DNA of 59,279 nucleotides, counting the filler. It is 4 parts of 4 records of this genome, joined end to end, with 100 filler letters (N's around TTAATTAATTAA, not from the genome) between each part and the next. Parts side by side here need not be neighbours in the genome. Positions count along the whole stretch, not along the records: positions 1 to 20,627 come from DRR378314_466; 3 more parts are not named here. One strand, 5' to 3'. Shown piece by piece: positions 9,405 through 19,633 of this stretch. Positions within the stretch are counted from its first letter, which is position 1; every line of letters begins with the position of its first letter. The notes beneath the pieces are model-generated. The model saw only the letters and a program-made list of their open reading frames with translations. It was not told the origin of the DNA and ran no database searches. The position numbers and the translations under genes were made by a program.

Positions 9405-10133
9405 ATGCATCAAACGGCAATTAACAGGGACACCAAAATGCATTATTCCGAAGCCAAAGAGCATACGCCTGGGCGCTTGCATACTCTTTTTGCCGACCCT
9501 TATTGCGCGTTTAAAAACGACACCGATGAGCGTCAGCTGCATATCCGGATAATGCTGCACACCCTTCTTGCACTGCCTATGCATCACGCGCGTGCCACGC
9601 TCCGGGTTATCCATGGCTGGGAAAACGGCGGCTTCGAGCCAAGTGATCTAAAGCACAAGGACTTCCCGCTTGCCTCTTTAGATGATTTCCACCGAGTGGT
9701 TAACGAGGTCTCCCCGAACCCTCAAGAACACGAGGCGTCGTTAAGCGCTAGCACACCGCTCCTCTCAGCACCACTGGCGAGCATATTCGCCAACGCAGAA
9801 GCCGATGGCATCATCGTTTCTGACACGCTGCGCAGCACACCTGCCCGCTGGCCTGCTTTGAAAGGCGGTTTAGCCATTTATACGCTCTTCAAAATGTATC
9901 ATCGCTTAGTTTATGGCGAAGATGATAACTACCGCTGCTCTCAGTGTGAAACGCCTGATGGCCTGCGTGAGCTGCATGAATTTCATCTTGAAGAAGGCGA
10001 ATTTGCACTGTTAGTTCCTCACAACGCAAAAACGCAAACTGCCACTCCCACCATTCTCGTCATGCACGCCAGTCAGCTTGGCCCTATCGGCCAACTCCTA
10101 AAAAGAAGTCTGCCGTTATTTCAGGATACTTAA
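9405..10133 (+). CDS. Hypothetical protein
   Basis: 242-aa ORF followed by a bidirectional terminator; true start may be 9438 (MHYSEAK); no family recognised. Confidence 0.7.
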   Translation: MHQTAINRDTKMHYSEAKEHTPGRLHTLFADPYCAFKNDTDERQLHIRIMLHTLLALPMHHARATLRVIHGWENGGFEPSDLKHKDFPLASLDDFHRVVNEVSPNPQEHEASLSASTPLLSAPLASIFANAEADGIIVSDTLRSTPARWPALKGGLAIYTLFKMYHRLVYGEDDNYRCSQCETPDGLRELHEFHLEEGEFALLVPHNAKTQTATPTILVMHASQLGPIGQLLKRSLPLFQDT

Positions 10134-10144
10134 GCCGAAACGTT

Positions 10145-10171
10145 AAAAGCCCCGCTTATCGCGGGGCTTTT
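10145..10171. terminator. Bidirectional intrinsic terminator
   Basis: AAAAGCCCCGC-TTATC-GCGGGGCTTTT between convergent genes. Confidence 0.9.
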
Positions 10172-10180
10172 CATGGGCAA

Positions 10181-11680
10181 TTAACTCAACGAAATAGTGC
10201 TATTAATACCGCTAGATACATTTTCTGGCTCAAACCAGCGGGCCGTGACCGTTTTGGTCTGCGTCCAGAAGGTAATTGCCTGCTTGCCATTCGGCCCCAA
10301 GTCGCCAAGCTTGGAAGCTCGCGAACCCGTAAAACTGAAGTACGCGACGGGCACAGGAATCGGCACGTTGATACCAATCTGGCCTACGTCGATATCCGTT
10401 TCAAAGCGCCGTGCTACCCAACCTGAGTTGGTAAAGATCGACGTACCGTTGCCGTTAGGGTTAGCGTTGATAAACGCAATCGCGTCATCCAGCGTCTCCA
10501 CACTGACCACGCATAGCACTGGGCCAAAAATTTCTTCCCGGTACACCGTCATATCAGCGGTCACATCGGCAAATAGAGTTGGGCCAACAAAGTTACCGTT
10601 TGGATAGCCCTCTACCGTGCAACCACGGCCGTCCACCAGCAGCTTAGCGCCCTCTTTCTCACCCGCTGAAATCAGCCGTTCAACGCGCTCTTTCGCTTGT
10701 GGTGAGACAAGCGGCCCTAGGTCTGCATCGCGCTGAGTGCCAGGACCAACTTTCATGCTGCGCGCGCCTTCCTCAATATCTTTCAGCCACTCGCGCGCTT
10801 CACCTACTAGCACGACAACCGAGTTAGCCATGCAGCGCTGGCCAGCAGCACCAAACGCCGAGCCGAGCAGGCTATCAATCGCCTGACTGCGGTTGGCATC
10901 CGGCATAACAACGCAGTGGTTTTTAGCTCCCATCATCGACTGCATACGCTTTCCAGCGGCGGCGGCACGGTTGTAAAGCAAGGAGCCCACATGGGTCGAG
11001 CCAATAAACGAAAGTGCTTTAATATCCTGATGGTCGGCAATTTGGTTGGCAACATCAGGACCACCATGAACCACGTTTAAAACGCCGGCCGGGACGCCCG
11101 CCTCATGGGCAAGTTCAACCAGTCGCATGGTGGAACTTGGGTCTTGCTCAGACGGTTTCAGGACAAAGGTATTTCCCGTTGCGATGGCAAGCGGGAACAT
11201 AAAACAGGGCAGCATAATCGGGAAGTTGAAGGCGGTAATACCTGCGCCAACGCCCAACGGCTGGTGCATGGTGTAAACATCGACTTCATTCGCGGCGTTT
11301 TCCGCCAGTTCACCCAACTGCAGCGAGGTAATTGAACAAGCGTGCTCCACGACTTCTAAACCGCGCCCTACTTCACCTTCAGCGTCAGGCAAGGTTTTAC
11401 CGTGCTCTTCGGTGATTAGCGCGGCTAATTCAGCGGTATTTTCGCGTATCAGCGCCTGAAGTTTCAGCATGATGCGCATGCGCTTGCCAAGCGGCACTTT
11501 ACGCCACCCTTTAAAAGCTGTTTTAGCGCTGGCAATCGCACGTTCCACCTCTTCGGCGGTACAAAATGGTACGCGGGCAACCACTTCCTGAGTCGCAGGA
11601 TTGACCACATCACGCCAATCTTGGCTTTGTGACATGACTGGCTGGCCATCGATATACATAGGGATTTCACGAACGGACAT
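10181..11680 (-). CDS. mmsA: CoA-acylating methylmalonate-semialdehyde dehydrogenase
   Basis: [33 protein letters not shown] motifs; start MSVREIP after GAGGAAGG. Confidence 0.92.
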   Translation of the reverse strand: MSVREIPMYIDGQPVMSQSQDWRDVVNPATQEVVARVPFCTAEEVERAIASAKTAFKGWRKVPLGKRMRIMLKLQALIRENTAELAALITEEHGKTLPDAEGEVGRGLEVVEHACSITSLQLGELAENAANEVDVYTMHQPLGVGAGITAFNFPIMLPCFMFPLAIATGNTFVLKPSEQDPSSTMRLVELAHEAGVPAGVLNVVHGGPDVANQIADHQDIKALSFIGSTHVGSLLYNRAAAAGKRMQSMMGAKNHCVVMPDANRSQAIDSLLGSAFGAAGQRCMANSVVVLVGEAREWLKDIEEGARSMKVGPGTQRDADLGPLVSPQAKERVERLISAGEKEGAKLLVDGRGCTVEGYPNGNFVGPTLFADVTADMTVYREEIFGPVLCVVSVETLDDAIAFINANPNGNGTSIFTNSGWVARRFETDIDVGQIGINVPIPVPVAYFSFTGSRASKLGDLGPNGKQAITFWTQTKTVTARWFEPENVSSGINSTISLS

Positions 11681-11746
11681 GACTACCTTCCTCAACGTTG
11701 TGTTTGTTATGAGACGCAAAGATGAACCCTAGGGTATATCAGCAAG

Positions 11747-11762
11747 TTGACGTAAACGTCAA
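11747..11762. promoter_or_regulatory. LiuR-type operator upstream of mmsA
   Basis: Palindrome TTGACGT-AA-ACGTCAA resembling the MerR-family LiuR box, 67 nt upstream of mmsA. Confidence 0.75.
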
Positions 11763-11898
11763 TTAGCCACTTGATAAAGAGTTAGCCAGCTCAGCGCTGA
11801 GCAAGCAGCCAGGGGGCTGATGTTCGGCCATTAAAAGGCATCATAAACGCCGTGGGGAGCATCAATTCTGCTAGAAGTTGAAATGGGTGTGATAGCGA

Positions 11899-13164
11899 TT
11901 AACGCTGGATAAGCCCATTGGTTAACCACGGCAACCAAGCGAGAAGAACAAGGGTCACTAGCGTTGCCAGCAAAAACGGCAGCAGCGAGCGAAATATTTT
12001 AAGCGGCGACGCGCCGGTCATTGAGGAAGCGATAAACAGCCCTGCCCCTACGGGGGGCGTTAACAACCCCATCACCAGGGTTAAACACACCACTACACCA
12101 AACTGATAGGGGCTAATAGCGAACTGGCTTTGGGCAATGGGCATTAAAATCGGCACCACTAAGATTAGCGCCGCAATGCCATCAATCACCATTCCCACTA
12201 ACAGCAGTGCGCCAATCACCAGTAGCAAGAACACGAAGGGGTCGCTGGTCAACGCGGCAATCCATGCGGCGGCCATTTGCGGAAGCTGCTCATAAATCAC
12301 CACCCAGCCAAACACGCCAGCGGCGGCAATCAACATAATGACCAACCCAGCATTAATCGCTGTGCGCGTTAGCACCTGGGGTAACTGGCTTAAACGCAGG
12401 TCACCGTAGACAAAGCGGCCCATGATTAAAGCCGCTAGAGAGGCCAGCGCAGCCGACTCGGTTGGCGTGGCAACCCCCCACAAAATACCGCCAATAATGA
12501 TCACGGGAATGAGCAGTGCAGGCAGCCCCCAAAGCAGGTCATGAAGCGCCTGAGAGCGAGTAGGCCACTGGCCTTTAGGGTATTGCTGAACCAAGCCTAC
12601 CAAGGCAATCACGATAAAAAAGCTGGTTCCCAAAAGCAGCCCCGGCAGCAACCCAGCAATAAACATTTCCGCAATAGGCACTTGGGCCATGACGCCAAAC
12701 AACACAAACAGCATGGAAGGTGGAATAATCGGCGACAGTAGCCCACCCGCGGCGGTAATCGCTGCGCTGTAGGATTTGTCATAACCTTCCTGCTCCATTG
12801 CTGGCACCATTGCACGAGACATAATGGCAATTTGCGAGGCTGCCGAACCAATAATCGCCGCCATCATCATGTTGGCGACTAAATTGATATAGGCGAGTCC
12901 ACCGCGAAATCCTCCTACTAAAATGCGCGCTAGAGCGATTAAACGGCGGGTTAAACCGCCTTCATTCATTAATTCGCCCGCCAACATAAATAACGGAATC
13001 GCCAGTAATCCATAGCTTTCAATGGCGCTAAACAGCTGCTGTGGATACGAATCAAACAACACCGTATTGCCTGACATCTGGATATACCACATGGCAGTCA
13101 ATGCCAGCACTAGCGCAATGGGCACAGCGCCGAGCAACAGCAGCAAGAAAACAGCAATCGTCAT
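11899..13164 (-). CDS. TRAP transporter large permease (DctM)
   Basis: LLAIPLFMLAGELMNEGG, IIPPS, TPTES, GLLTPPVG motifs; start MTIAVF. Confidence 0.92.
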   Translation of the reverse strand: MTIAVFLLLLLGAVPIALVLALTAMWYIQMSGNTVLFDSYPQQLFSAIESYGLLAIPLFMLAGELMNEGGLTRRLIALARILVGGFRGGLAYINLVANMMMAAIIGSAASQIAIMSRAMVPAMEQEGYDKSYSAAITAAGGLLSPIIPPSMLFVLFGVMAQVPIAEMFIAGLLPGLLLGTSFFIVIALVGLVQQYPKGQWPTRSQALHDLLWGLPALLIPVIIIGGILWGVATPTESAALASLAALIMGRFVYGDLRLSQLPQVLTRTAINAGLVIMLIAAAGVFGWVVIYEQLPQMAAAWIAALTSDPFVFLLLVIGALLLVGMVIDGIAALILVVPILMPIAQSQFAISPYQFGVVVCLTLVMGLLTPPVGAGLFIASSMTGASPLKIFRSLLPFLLATLVTLVLLAWLPWLTNGLIQR

Positions 13165-13192
13165 AAACGTACCGTCAATAGGGTAAGCAGGA

Positions 13193-13756
13193 TTAGCGTA
13201 GCGTTTTGGCGGTGGGTGCTTGGGTCGGCGTTCGCCACTGTTTGAGTGACTGGATAAGATTCGTCCAGCCATGCAGGCTAAGGGAAAATGCAAACCACGG
13301 CACAATTAACCACGCCCAGAATTTTTTAATGCCAAGCGTGGAAGTGTTTTCAGCGTAAATAAAATTGAATGTTTGCCCTTGAAAAGCACGGGTATCAAAC
13401 CCTGCTTGCACCAGTGCAAGGGGCTGATACCAACGCCAACAAAGCCACGCTAACAGCAGGGCAAATAGCAGCACCATGGCATCTACCCAGACACCTATCA
13501 GTTTCCGGCCGGTTTGCGGTAGCAGATCACTCAGCAACGTGACCGCTATCCCCTGGCGGCGTTTAAACACCGTGGCGGCTATCAAAAAGGTCATCCAAAT
13601 CATGGCATAAATCGCCAGCTCGCTAATCCAGTAAAGCGGGCTACCTAGCGCGCGAAACGCAATATTGGTGAGAATCAGACAGGTAACCGCCGCCGCTAAA
13701 GCAGCGGCGGCAATCTCTTCACAGCGTGCAAGCCCTGATGAAAAACGTTGCAGCAT
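13193..13756 (-). CDS. TRAP transporter small permease (DctQ)
   Basis: Four TM segments, WISELAIYAMIWMTF motif, between dctP- and dctM-like genes. Confidence 0.88.
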   Translation of the reverse strand: MLQRFSSGLARCEEIAAAALAAAVTCLILTNIAFRALGSPLYWISELAIYAMIWMTFLIAATVFKRRQGIAVTLLSDLLPQTGRKLIGVWVDAMVLLFALLLAWLCWRWYQPLALVQAGFDTRAFQGQTFNFIYAENTSTLGIKKFWAWLIVPWFAFSLSLHGWTNLIQSLKQWRTPTQAPTAKTLR

Positions 13757-13757
13757 A

Positions 13758-14744
13758 TTACTCGTCACGTAACCGGTCAGCTTCGGCGCGTAACGTTTCT
13801 AACATAGGTGCCTTAGGCGCCCAGATGTTTTCCCACTGTGCAATGGCGTCAGAGAAAAACTCAGCATCCGCTTCAACGATGTTGATATCCAAGGCGCGAA
13901 TTTCCTCTTCCTGAGCGGCATCCTTCTCTTCAAAACCCACCAGCACGTTCTCTAGATGCTCAGCCATCGCAGTATCAATCAGCTCACGATCTTGTTCAGA
14001 AAGATCGCGCCATACTCGCCCAGACACGACGCCCACCATAGGGAACATCATATGGTTAGAAATCAGCAGGTTTTCCGCCTGCTCGTAGAATTTCAAAATT
14101 AAAATAGAGTCGAAATCCATATCAATGGCATCGACCTGACCGTTAGCCAGCGCGTCATACACTTCTAATAGCGGCATGGGCGCAGGGGCAGCACCCGTGG
14201 CCGTATAGAAATCCCGAATGGGCTCGAAAGGGGTAATACGTAAGCGCTGCCCCTGCAGATCGTCGGCGCTTTCAATAGGGTCACGGCTGAGCACTTGGCG
14301 CATGCCTACCATGCCGTAGCCAACGCCAATTAAGCCAACTTCTTGTGGCATTAATTCGAGTAGTTCCCCAGCCGCGTCAGAACGCAACAGCCGTGCCGCG
14401 TGATTAACGTCATCGACCAAGTAAGGCGCGTATAGTGCGCCAAAATCTGGAATACGGTTGGAAATTTCGGCAATCGTCAAGAAAGCCATATCTAACGCGC
14501 CGGTTTGCAGCTGCTGAACCATTTGCGCTTCATTGCCAAGCTGCTGAGCTGGAAAAACACTAACGCTATGCTCACCATCAGAGCGCTCGTTCAGTGTTTG
14601 GGCAAAGGCTTCTGCCTCGGTAGACCATAGATGCTGTGCGGGCGTGATAAGACCGAGACGAAAATCCCGCGCCTGAGCACTCATGGCTGAAACGGCGAGC
14701 GTAGCTGCTGCGCAGGCAAGCGTAAGCGTTTTGATACGATTCAT
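13758..14744 (-). CDS. TRAP transporter substrate-binding protein (DctP)
   Basis: Signal peptide, FPAQQLGNE, DLQGQRLR, EVYDALANGQVD motifs. Confidence 0.92.
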   Translation of the reverse strand: MNRIKTLTLACAAATLAVSAMSAQARDFRLGLITPAQHLWSTEAEAFAQTLNERSDGEHSVSVFPAQQLGNEAQMVQQLQTGALDMAFLTIAEISNRIPDFGALYAPYLVDDVNHAARLLRSDAAGELLELMPQEVGLIGVGYGMVGMRQVLSRDPIESADDLQGQRLRITPFEPIRDFYTATGAAPAPMPLLEVYDALANGQVDAIDMDFDSILILKFYEQAENLLISNHMMFPMVGVVSGRVWRDLSEQDRELIDTAMAEHLENVLVGFEEKDAAQEEEIRALDINIVEADAEFFSDAIAQWENIWAPKAPMLETLRAEADRLRDE

Positions 14745-14823
14745 GCAAAGCCTCTTGTATTCAGCGGAAGCGCCTAAAGCGCTTCGCGCGTTTTTTTAAT
14801 TGATAGGCTTTGAGAATACCTTA

Positions 14824-14860
14824 GCGTTAGCGTTAATGGCACCCGCCATTACGCTAACGC
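14824..14860. terminator. Stem-loop downstream of DUF3581 gene
   Basis: GCGTTAGCGT-t-AATGG ... CCATT-ACGCTAACGC inverted repeat; no clear U-tract. Confidence 0.45.
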
Positions 14861-14871
14861 AACGACACCAC

Positions 14872-15579
14872 CTACACTGCTTCGTAAGCCGCCTTTAAGC
14901 GGTAGAACTCATCAACAATCGCTGCCATTTCAGTCGCGTCGTACTCACATAAGCCACTAACCACTAGTTTCTTCGAGCCCACCCCAACCGCTTCTCCAGC
15001 AGACTCAATCGAAAACTCAAGTAAGGCATCGGCACGCTTACCTTGAACCTCTAACGAGGAGCTTGTTAGGGCTAAGTTCGGCGAGAAACCATCTAGACGC
15101 TCTAAGGAAAACCCCATGCTGTCGTAAATAACCAAGGGGCGCTTGGGGTTAAACATTACCCCATGCTGCTCCATCAAAGGCTTTAAGTAGTGAGGAAAAT
15201 TCTTACCTGAAAACGCCACATAGCAGCGGGCAAACGCTTCAACAGCCGCTTCATCGTGAGTTACCTCTCCGCCACGCGTCACCTGCAGGTAGCACTTGCC
15301 CCCTTCATCACAGACAAGTAGATCACCATTCGCTTCTTCACTAAACTTGAGAGGAGTGTCAGCTCCCACCATATTGGTGAAGCGAAATTCCATTTGTCGC
15401 GACAACCCAAACTTCACCAGCACCAGTGTAAATAGCAGGTCTCCAGGTACGCAAAAACGGCGCGCATCTGGATTGTGAATCGGGTTGTAATCGCCGGCCA
15501 CGCCTTTGGCGAAACGGCTGGCCTGCTCAGCAGAGATCACAACATACTCTCCGCGTTGCGCGTAAAAATCCTTGAACAT
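14872..15579 (-). CDS. DUF3581 family protein
   Basis: QASRFAKGVAGDYNPIH...RFCVPGDLLF, FSGKNFPH, NPKRPLVIY motifs. Confidence 0.8.
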   Translation of the reverse strand: MFKDFYAQRGEYVVISAEQASRFAKGVAGDYNPIHNPDARRFCVPGDLLFTLVLVKFGLSRQMEFRFTNMVGADTPLKFSEEANGDLLVCDEGGKCYLQVTRGGEVTHDEAAVEAFARCYVAFSGKNFPHYLKPLMEQHGVMFNPKRPLVIYDSMGFSLERLDGFSPNLALTSSSLEVQGKRADALLEFSIESAGEAVGVGSKKLVVSGLCEYDATEMAAIVDEFYRLKAAYEAV

Positions 15580-15686
15580 GGCTTTGCTGCCTGCCTAGCG
15601 TTGAAATCGAAAACCCATTACGGCCCCACGACGCGCATAATGCCATAAAACACGCGCCGACAGGAGTCATCTGCAAGGAAGCCCGT

Positions 15687-18650
15687 ATGCCAAAAGAGAG
15701 CCCTAGGTCAAAACGTCTACTCCGCCTCCTGATAATCACGCTGTTAAGCGCTTTGGTAGCGACATTAGTATGGGTATTTGGCAGCACTTGGCTGCTAAAT
15801 AGCCAATGGCTACCCAAACGGCTGTCTCAGATTGAGGGGGTCGAAGTGCGCTGGACGAATGCAAACAGTCTGCATCCAGGACGCTGGGAGGTAGAGAACC
15901 TTTACTTGGCACGGGAGGACGACAGCTTACCGATATCCATTGAAGCCCAACGTGCAACGCTTTCGCTGTCGTTACTAGCACTTTTGCGCGGCGAGCTGCA
16001 CATACAGGCACTCGATGCCAACGGGCTTCGCCGCTTGACCATAGGCGATATTGCTCTCGAGGCACAAGGCCAACTGCAGGTGGCGGATACCCAGTTAAGT
16101 CGCGCTGCGTTAGCCGTTCCAAGTGTGTCGTTGGATATCAGCCAAGGTCACCTAATACGCCTTAGCGACCAAGCCTCGTTAGTACAAAATATCCAGTTAC
16201 GCGCAGATGCCTCCCTGGACAGTGTTACTACCGCGCAAATTCCCCGCGAAGAGCTCACCGCTGAACTGCTCAGCGCTCTGTCTGCACAACTGACCATCGC
16301 AGCGCAGGCAGATGCTTGGGATGTATTTATGCCCTACCTAGAAGCGCTGCCCTGGCTGACACTTGATGGTCACGGCAACTTAACGGGTGAACTTAACCTA
16401 AGCGATGGCAAGCTACAGCGTGGTAGCGAGCTAACCTTAAATGCCCCCGAATTGCGCTTAGCGGTGAACGAACAGCGCCTGCAACCCCGGGAAACAGACA
16501 ACCTGCGTTGGTTGGTTGCAGAAACACCGCCTCCGCTCCACACCGCCATTGGTGAAGGCGCCGTGCGTTTGGCGGTAGAAGACAACAAGCTCAACTTTTC
16601 AACGCAACTCATCAATGTCGTCTTGGCGGATACCCACCCTTATGCCTCCAATACGCAACTTCACCTAGCGACCAGCATGCCCAATCAACGCCTAGACCAG
16701 CTAGACCTGCCCACTGGCGCCTCGCTGGAACTACAGGGCGACGTCACTCGTCTGGACATGCTTGATCGCTATCTGGCACACACCTTTGACGGCCAAGGGG
16801 TTCGGCTTGAAGGTAACGGTCAAATTGAAGCTAGCGTGACGCTACGTGACGCCAAGCCTTATGACGCCTTTTTAGCGATTCAAGCACCAACACTTGCGGC
16901 TAATTTAGTTGATTTCACGGCTCAAGGAAGCGGCTCGTTGGCCGCACAACTGTCGAACGAAGAGACAATAGACGCGACACTCACCTTCACTGACGCCACC
17001 CTTAGCCACCATCAGCGAACGTTGATGGCGGACGCGGCCATTACGTTGAATGCGCTTAGCCCACTGAACCCAGCGCTAGCGCGAGAAAACGCCACTGCCC
17101 GCCTAACCTGGCAGTCCGCGCGGTTACCCGACATTAGCGTGTTACAAACTTATCTTAAAGCCGCCCTGCCCGACCCTGCCCCATTGCAATTGCTTAGCGG
17201 CCAAGCGACTAGCCGAGGGCAGCTCGACTTCACCACCGATCAAATGCGCGGTGAGATCTTTTTAACAGGAGAGCAACTAGCCACCCGCTGGCAACACACT
17301 GAACAGAACGGCGTACTGGAAAGCGACGCACAGCTTAGGTTAGCCATTCGCCAAGCCGCTCTTGATGGCACAAGGCTTGATATCAGCGGTTCACGCCTAC
17401 GCTGGCAAGTGGCGGATACGCAGTCTACCAACGAGCGATTAGAGAGTATTTTAGTGCTCAATGACGGCCGTTTTCAGCGCAGCGACAGCAACGGTGATGA
17501 GGATAAACCGCTCAGTGGCGAGTTTTCACTCGAAGGTAGCGTTCAGCGACTGGGGTTCTTAAATACCTTTCTACCCGACGCCCATGGCTTGGCAATTGCG
17601 GGTAACGGCCAACTGTTCGCTCAAGGGACTTTTGGTAATGACCGCTTACTTGCCCCCACCCGCCTACGAGTGAATGCCAATCAGCTTGAGGTGGCATTTT
17701 TAGATTACGTCGCTACTGGGCGCGGCGAACTGACTGCCCAGCTCGACACGTCTGAGCAGGCCCAGCTTTCACTAGGCATTCCACACTTTGCGCTTATGCG
17801 CCAGGACGATGACCGCCCCCACTTGGAAGGCCGCCACTTTGCCCTCACGACCGAAACTGAACGTTTCAGTGACGTGCTGGAGTCGCCAGAGCCCGATTTC
17901 TTCACTACCCGCATCGCGCTGCCTATTACGGAGGTGCCCGACTTCACCCGCTATAACCGCTACCTACCTGAAAATGCCGGGGTTACCTTATTGGGCGGCC
18001 AAGCTAGCCTAACCAGCGAATGGCTGCTGGAGGGGCTTACCGCCCAGGGAGACATGACACTACGTGCATTTGGTGCCGAACTAGCGCTACTTGATCAACA
18101 GCTTAAGGGCGATGTTGAATTACATCTGCAGCTCACCGAAGGTGATTTAGAAACACGGCGCTTCACCGCCAATGACTCGTTTCTACGTCTTGAAAACGTC
18201 TTTCGGCAAAGCGCGGAAGGCACACAGGATGCTGGCTGGTGGGTGCAGCTCACGATGGAAGAAGCACAACTTGAGTGGGATGATCCTATTCGTTTAACCA
18301 GCCAACTGCGCCTTGGCATGCGCGACACTGGGCTATTGGCCCGGCTCTTTCTCGCCCGCGCCAGACAAAGTGATTGGCTGGGACGGTTATTAAACGTGCA
18401 TGACATTAACGGTAGCGCGCAGATGCAGATCAACGGCGAACGCATACGCCTACATGATCTCACGCTTAGCGGCGGACCGCTTTTACTGCTTTCCGATGTC
18501 ACCTTGGCTGAAAAAAGCGCCAATGGCGCGCTCTATGCACACCTTGGCGCATTAGGAATAGGTGTAGAGCTGATCGACAGCGAACCCTCATTAAAAGTAC
18601 TGCAACCAAGACGCTGGTTTGATCGCTGGCGAGAAGCAAATGCGTTTTGA
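15687..18650 (+). CDS. Large membrane-anchored beta-rich protein, AsmA-like (tentative)
   Basis: 987 aa, single N-terminal TM, SLSLLALLRGELHI Chorein-N-like segment, alternating hydrophobic strands with internal repeats. Confidence 0.6.
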   Translation: MPKESPRSKRLLRLLIITLLSALVATLVWVFGSTWLLNSQWLPKRLSQIEGVEVRWTNANSLHPGRWEVENLYLAREDDSLPISIEAQRATLSLSLLALLRGELHIQALDANGLRRLTIGDIALEAQGQLQVADTQLSRAALAVPSVSLDISQGHLIRLSDQASLVQNIQLRADASLDSVTTAQIPREELTAELLSALSAQLTIAAQADAWDVFMPYLEALPWLTLDGHGNLTGELNLSDGKLQRGSELTLNAPELRLAVNEQRLQPRETDNLRWLVAETPPPLHTAIGEGAVRLAVEDNKLNFSTQLINVVLADTHPYASNTQLHLATSMPNQRLDQLDLPTGASLELQGDVTRLDMLDRYLAHTFDGQGVRLEGNGQIEASVTLRDAKPYDAFLAIQAPTLAANLVDFTAQGSGSLAAQLSNEETIDATLTFTDATLSHHQRTLMADAAITLNALSPLNPALARENATARLTWQSARLPDISVLQTYLKAALPDPAPLQLLSGQATSRGQLDFTTDQMRGEIFLTGEQLATRWQHTEQNGVLESDAQLRLAIRQAALDGTRLDISGSRLRWQVADTQSTNERLESILVLNDGRFQRSDSNGDEDKPLSGEFSLEGSVQRLGFLNTFLPDAHGLAIAGNGQLFAQGTFGNDRLLAPTRLRVNANQLEVAFLDYVATGRGELTAQLDTSEQAQLSLGIPHFALMRQDDDRPHLEGRHFALTTETERFSDVLESPEPDFFTTRIALPITEVPDFTRYNRYLPENAGVTLLGGQASLTSEWLLEGLTAQGDMTLRAFGAELALLDQQLKGDVELHLQLTEGDLETRRFTANDSFLRLENVFRQSAEGTQDAGWWVQLTMEEAQLEWDDPIRLTSQLRLGMRDTGLLARLFLARARQSDWLGRLLNVHDINGSAQMQINGERIRLHDLTLSGGPLLLLSDVTLAEKSANGALYAHLGALGIGVELIDSEPSLKVLQPRRWFDRWREANAF

Positions 18651-18737
18651 AAGTGAGCGAAAGAGAAGATAGCGACGAAAAAAGAAAAGAATAAGCGCGC
18701 CTTCCTTTAGCGTTATAGCGAAAGGAAGGCCACCCAG

Positions 18738-19454
18738 CTAACGTTTTTTACGCTCTCGCCGGATCATGCGTACCCGCTCTTTAGCTTTCTGAGGGGTTGA
18801 TAGCGGTGCCGAAGCCTCATCTTGCGTTTTCGGTGGTAGGGTAACCCAGGCAAATACCGGTAGCGCCAGGCGCCAGTGAATCGCCGCTAGGCGCAATCCG
18901 AGTGTCGCCGTTAATGCAGCGGCAATCGCAACGGCTAGCGGCGCCTCTAATGCATCGAACGCCACATACACAATGCCACCCGCCAAGGCTGCCGTTGCGT
19001 AGATCTCTTCACGGAGCACCATGGGCACCCGCTGGGCTAACACATCACGGATCATGCCGCCCGCCACGCCGGTCATCATGCCCATTAACACCGCCACAAC
19101 GCCTGAGGTGCCCAGCAACAGTGCTTTATGGGTGCCGATGACAGTAAATAGTGCCAGCCCGAACGCATCCGCAACGGGCAAAAAGCCGCGAGAAAGGCGA
19201 TGAATATAGTGAAACCCCACCAAAGACACGCCGACTGTGGCTAATATCACCCACAAATAGGTCGGATCAGTCACCCAGAATACCGGACGAACACCCAGTA
19301 CCAAATCCCTGAGTGTGCCGCCGCCAATGCCAGTCACCGCCGCCAGTACTAGCATACCGAAGGGATCCATTCGCGAACGACAGGCTAAAATCACCCCTGA
19401 CAAGGCGAATACGATGACACCCGCCATATCTAACCAATAAATCACACCCGACAC
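18738..19454 (-). CDS. Trimeric intracellular cation channel / UPF0126 (YadS-like) membrane protein
   Basis: Duplicated GGGTLRD / AGGMIRD motifs, LREEIYA; GTG start after TAAGGAG. Confidence 0.88.
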   Translation of the reverse strand: MSGVIYWLDMAGVIVFALSGVILACRSRMDPFGMLVLAAVTGIGGGTLRDLVLGVRPVFWVTDPTYLWVILATVGVSLVGFHYIHRLSRGFLPVADAFGLALFTVIGTHKALLLGTSGVVAVLMGMMTGVAGGMIRDVLAQRVPMVLREEIYATAALAGGIVYVAFDALEAPLAVAIAAALTATLGLRLAAIHWRLALPVFAWVTLPPKTQDEASAPLSTPQKAKERVRMIRRERKKR

Positions 19455-19633
19455 ACGACTCTCCTTAGAGACATGCTCAGTAAGGCAAGTAGGATAGCAC
19501 TCCACTGCGTATTCAGGTCATCAACGAGAGGATGAGGCCACTAAACAGTGGCTGTTACGCAGTACACAGGCCAATATACGCCGAGTAGGTTACGCTAGTG
19601 AACAGCTTCATCCATAGACTGCAAGGAGCACAC

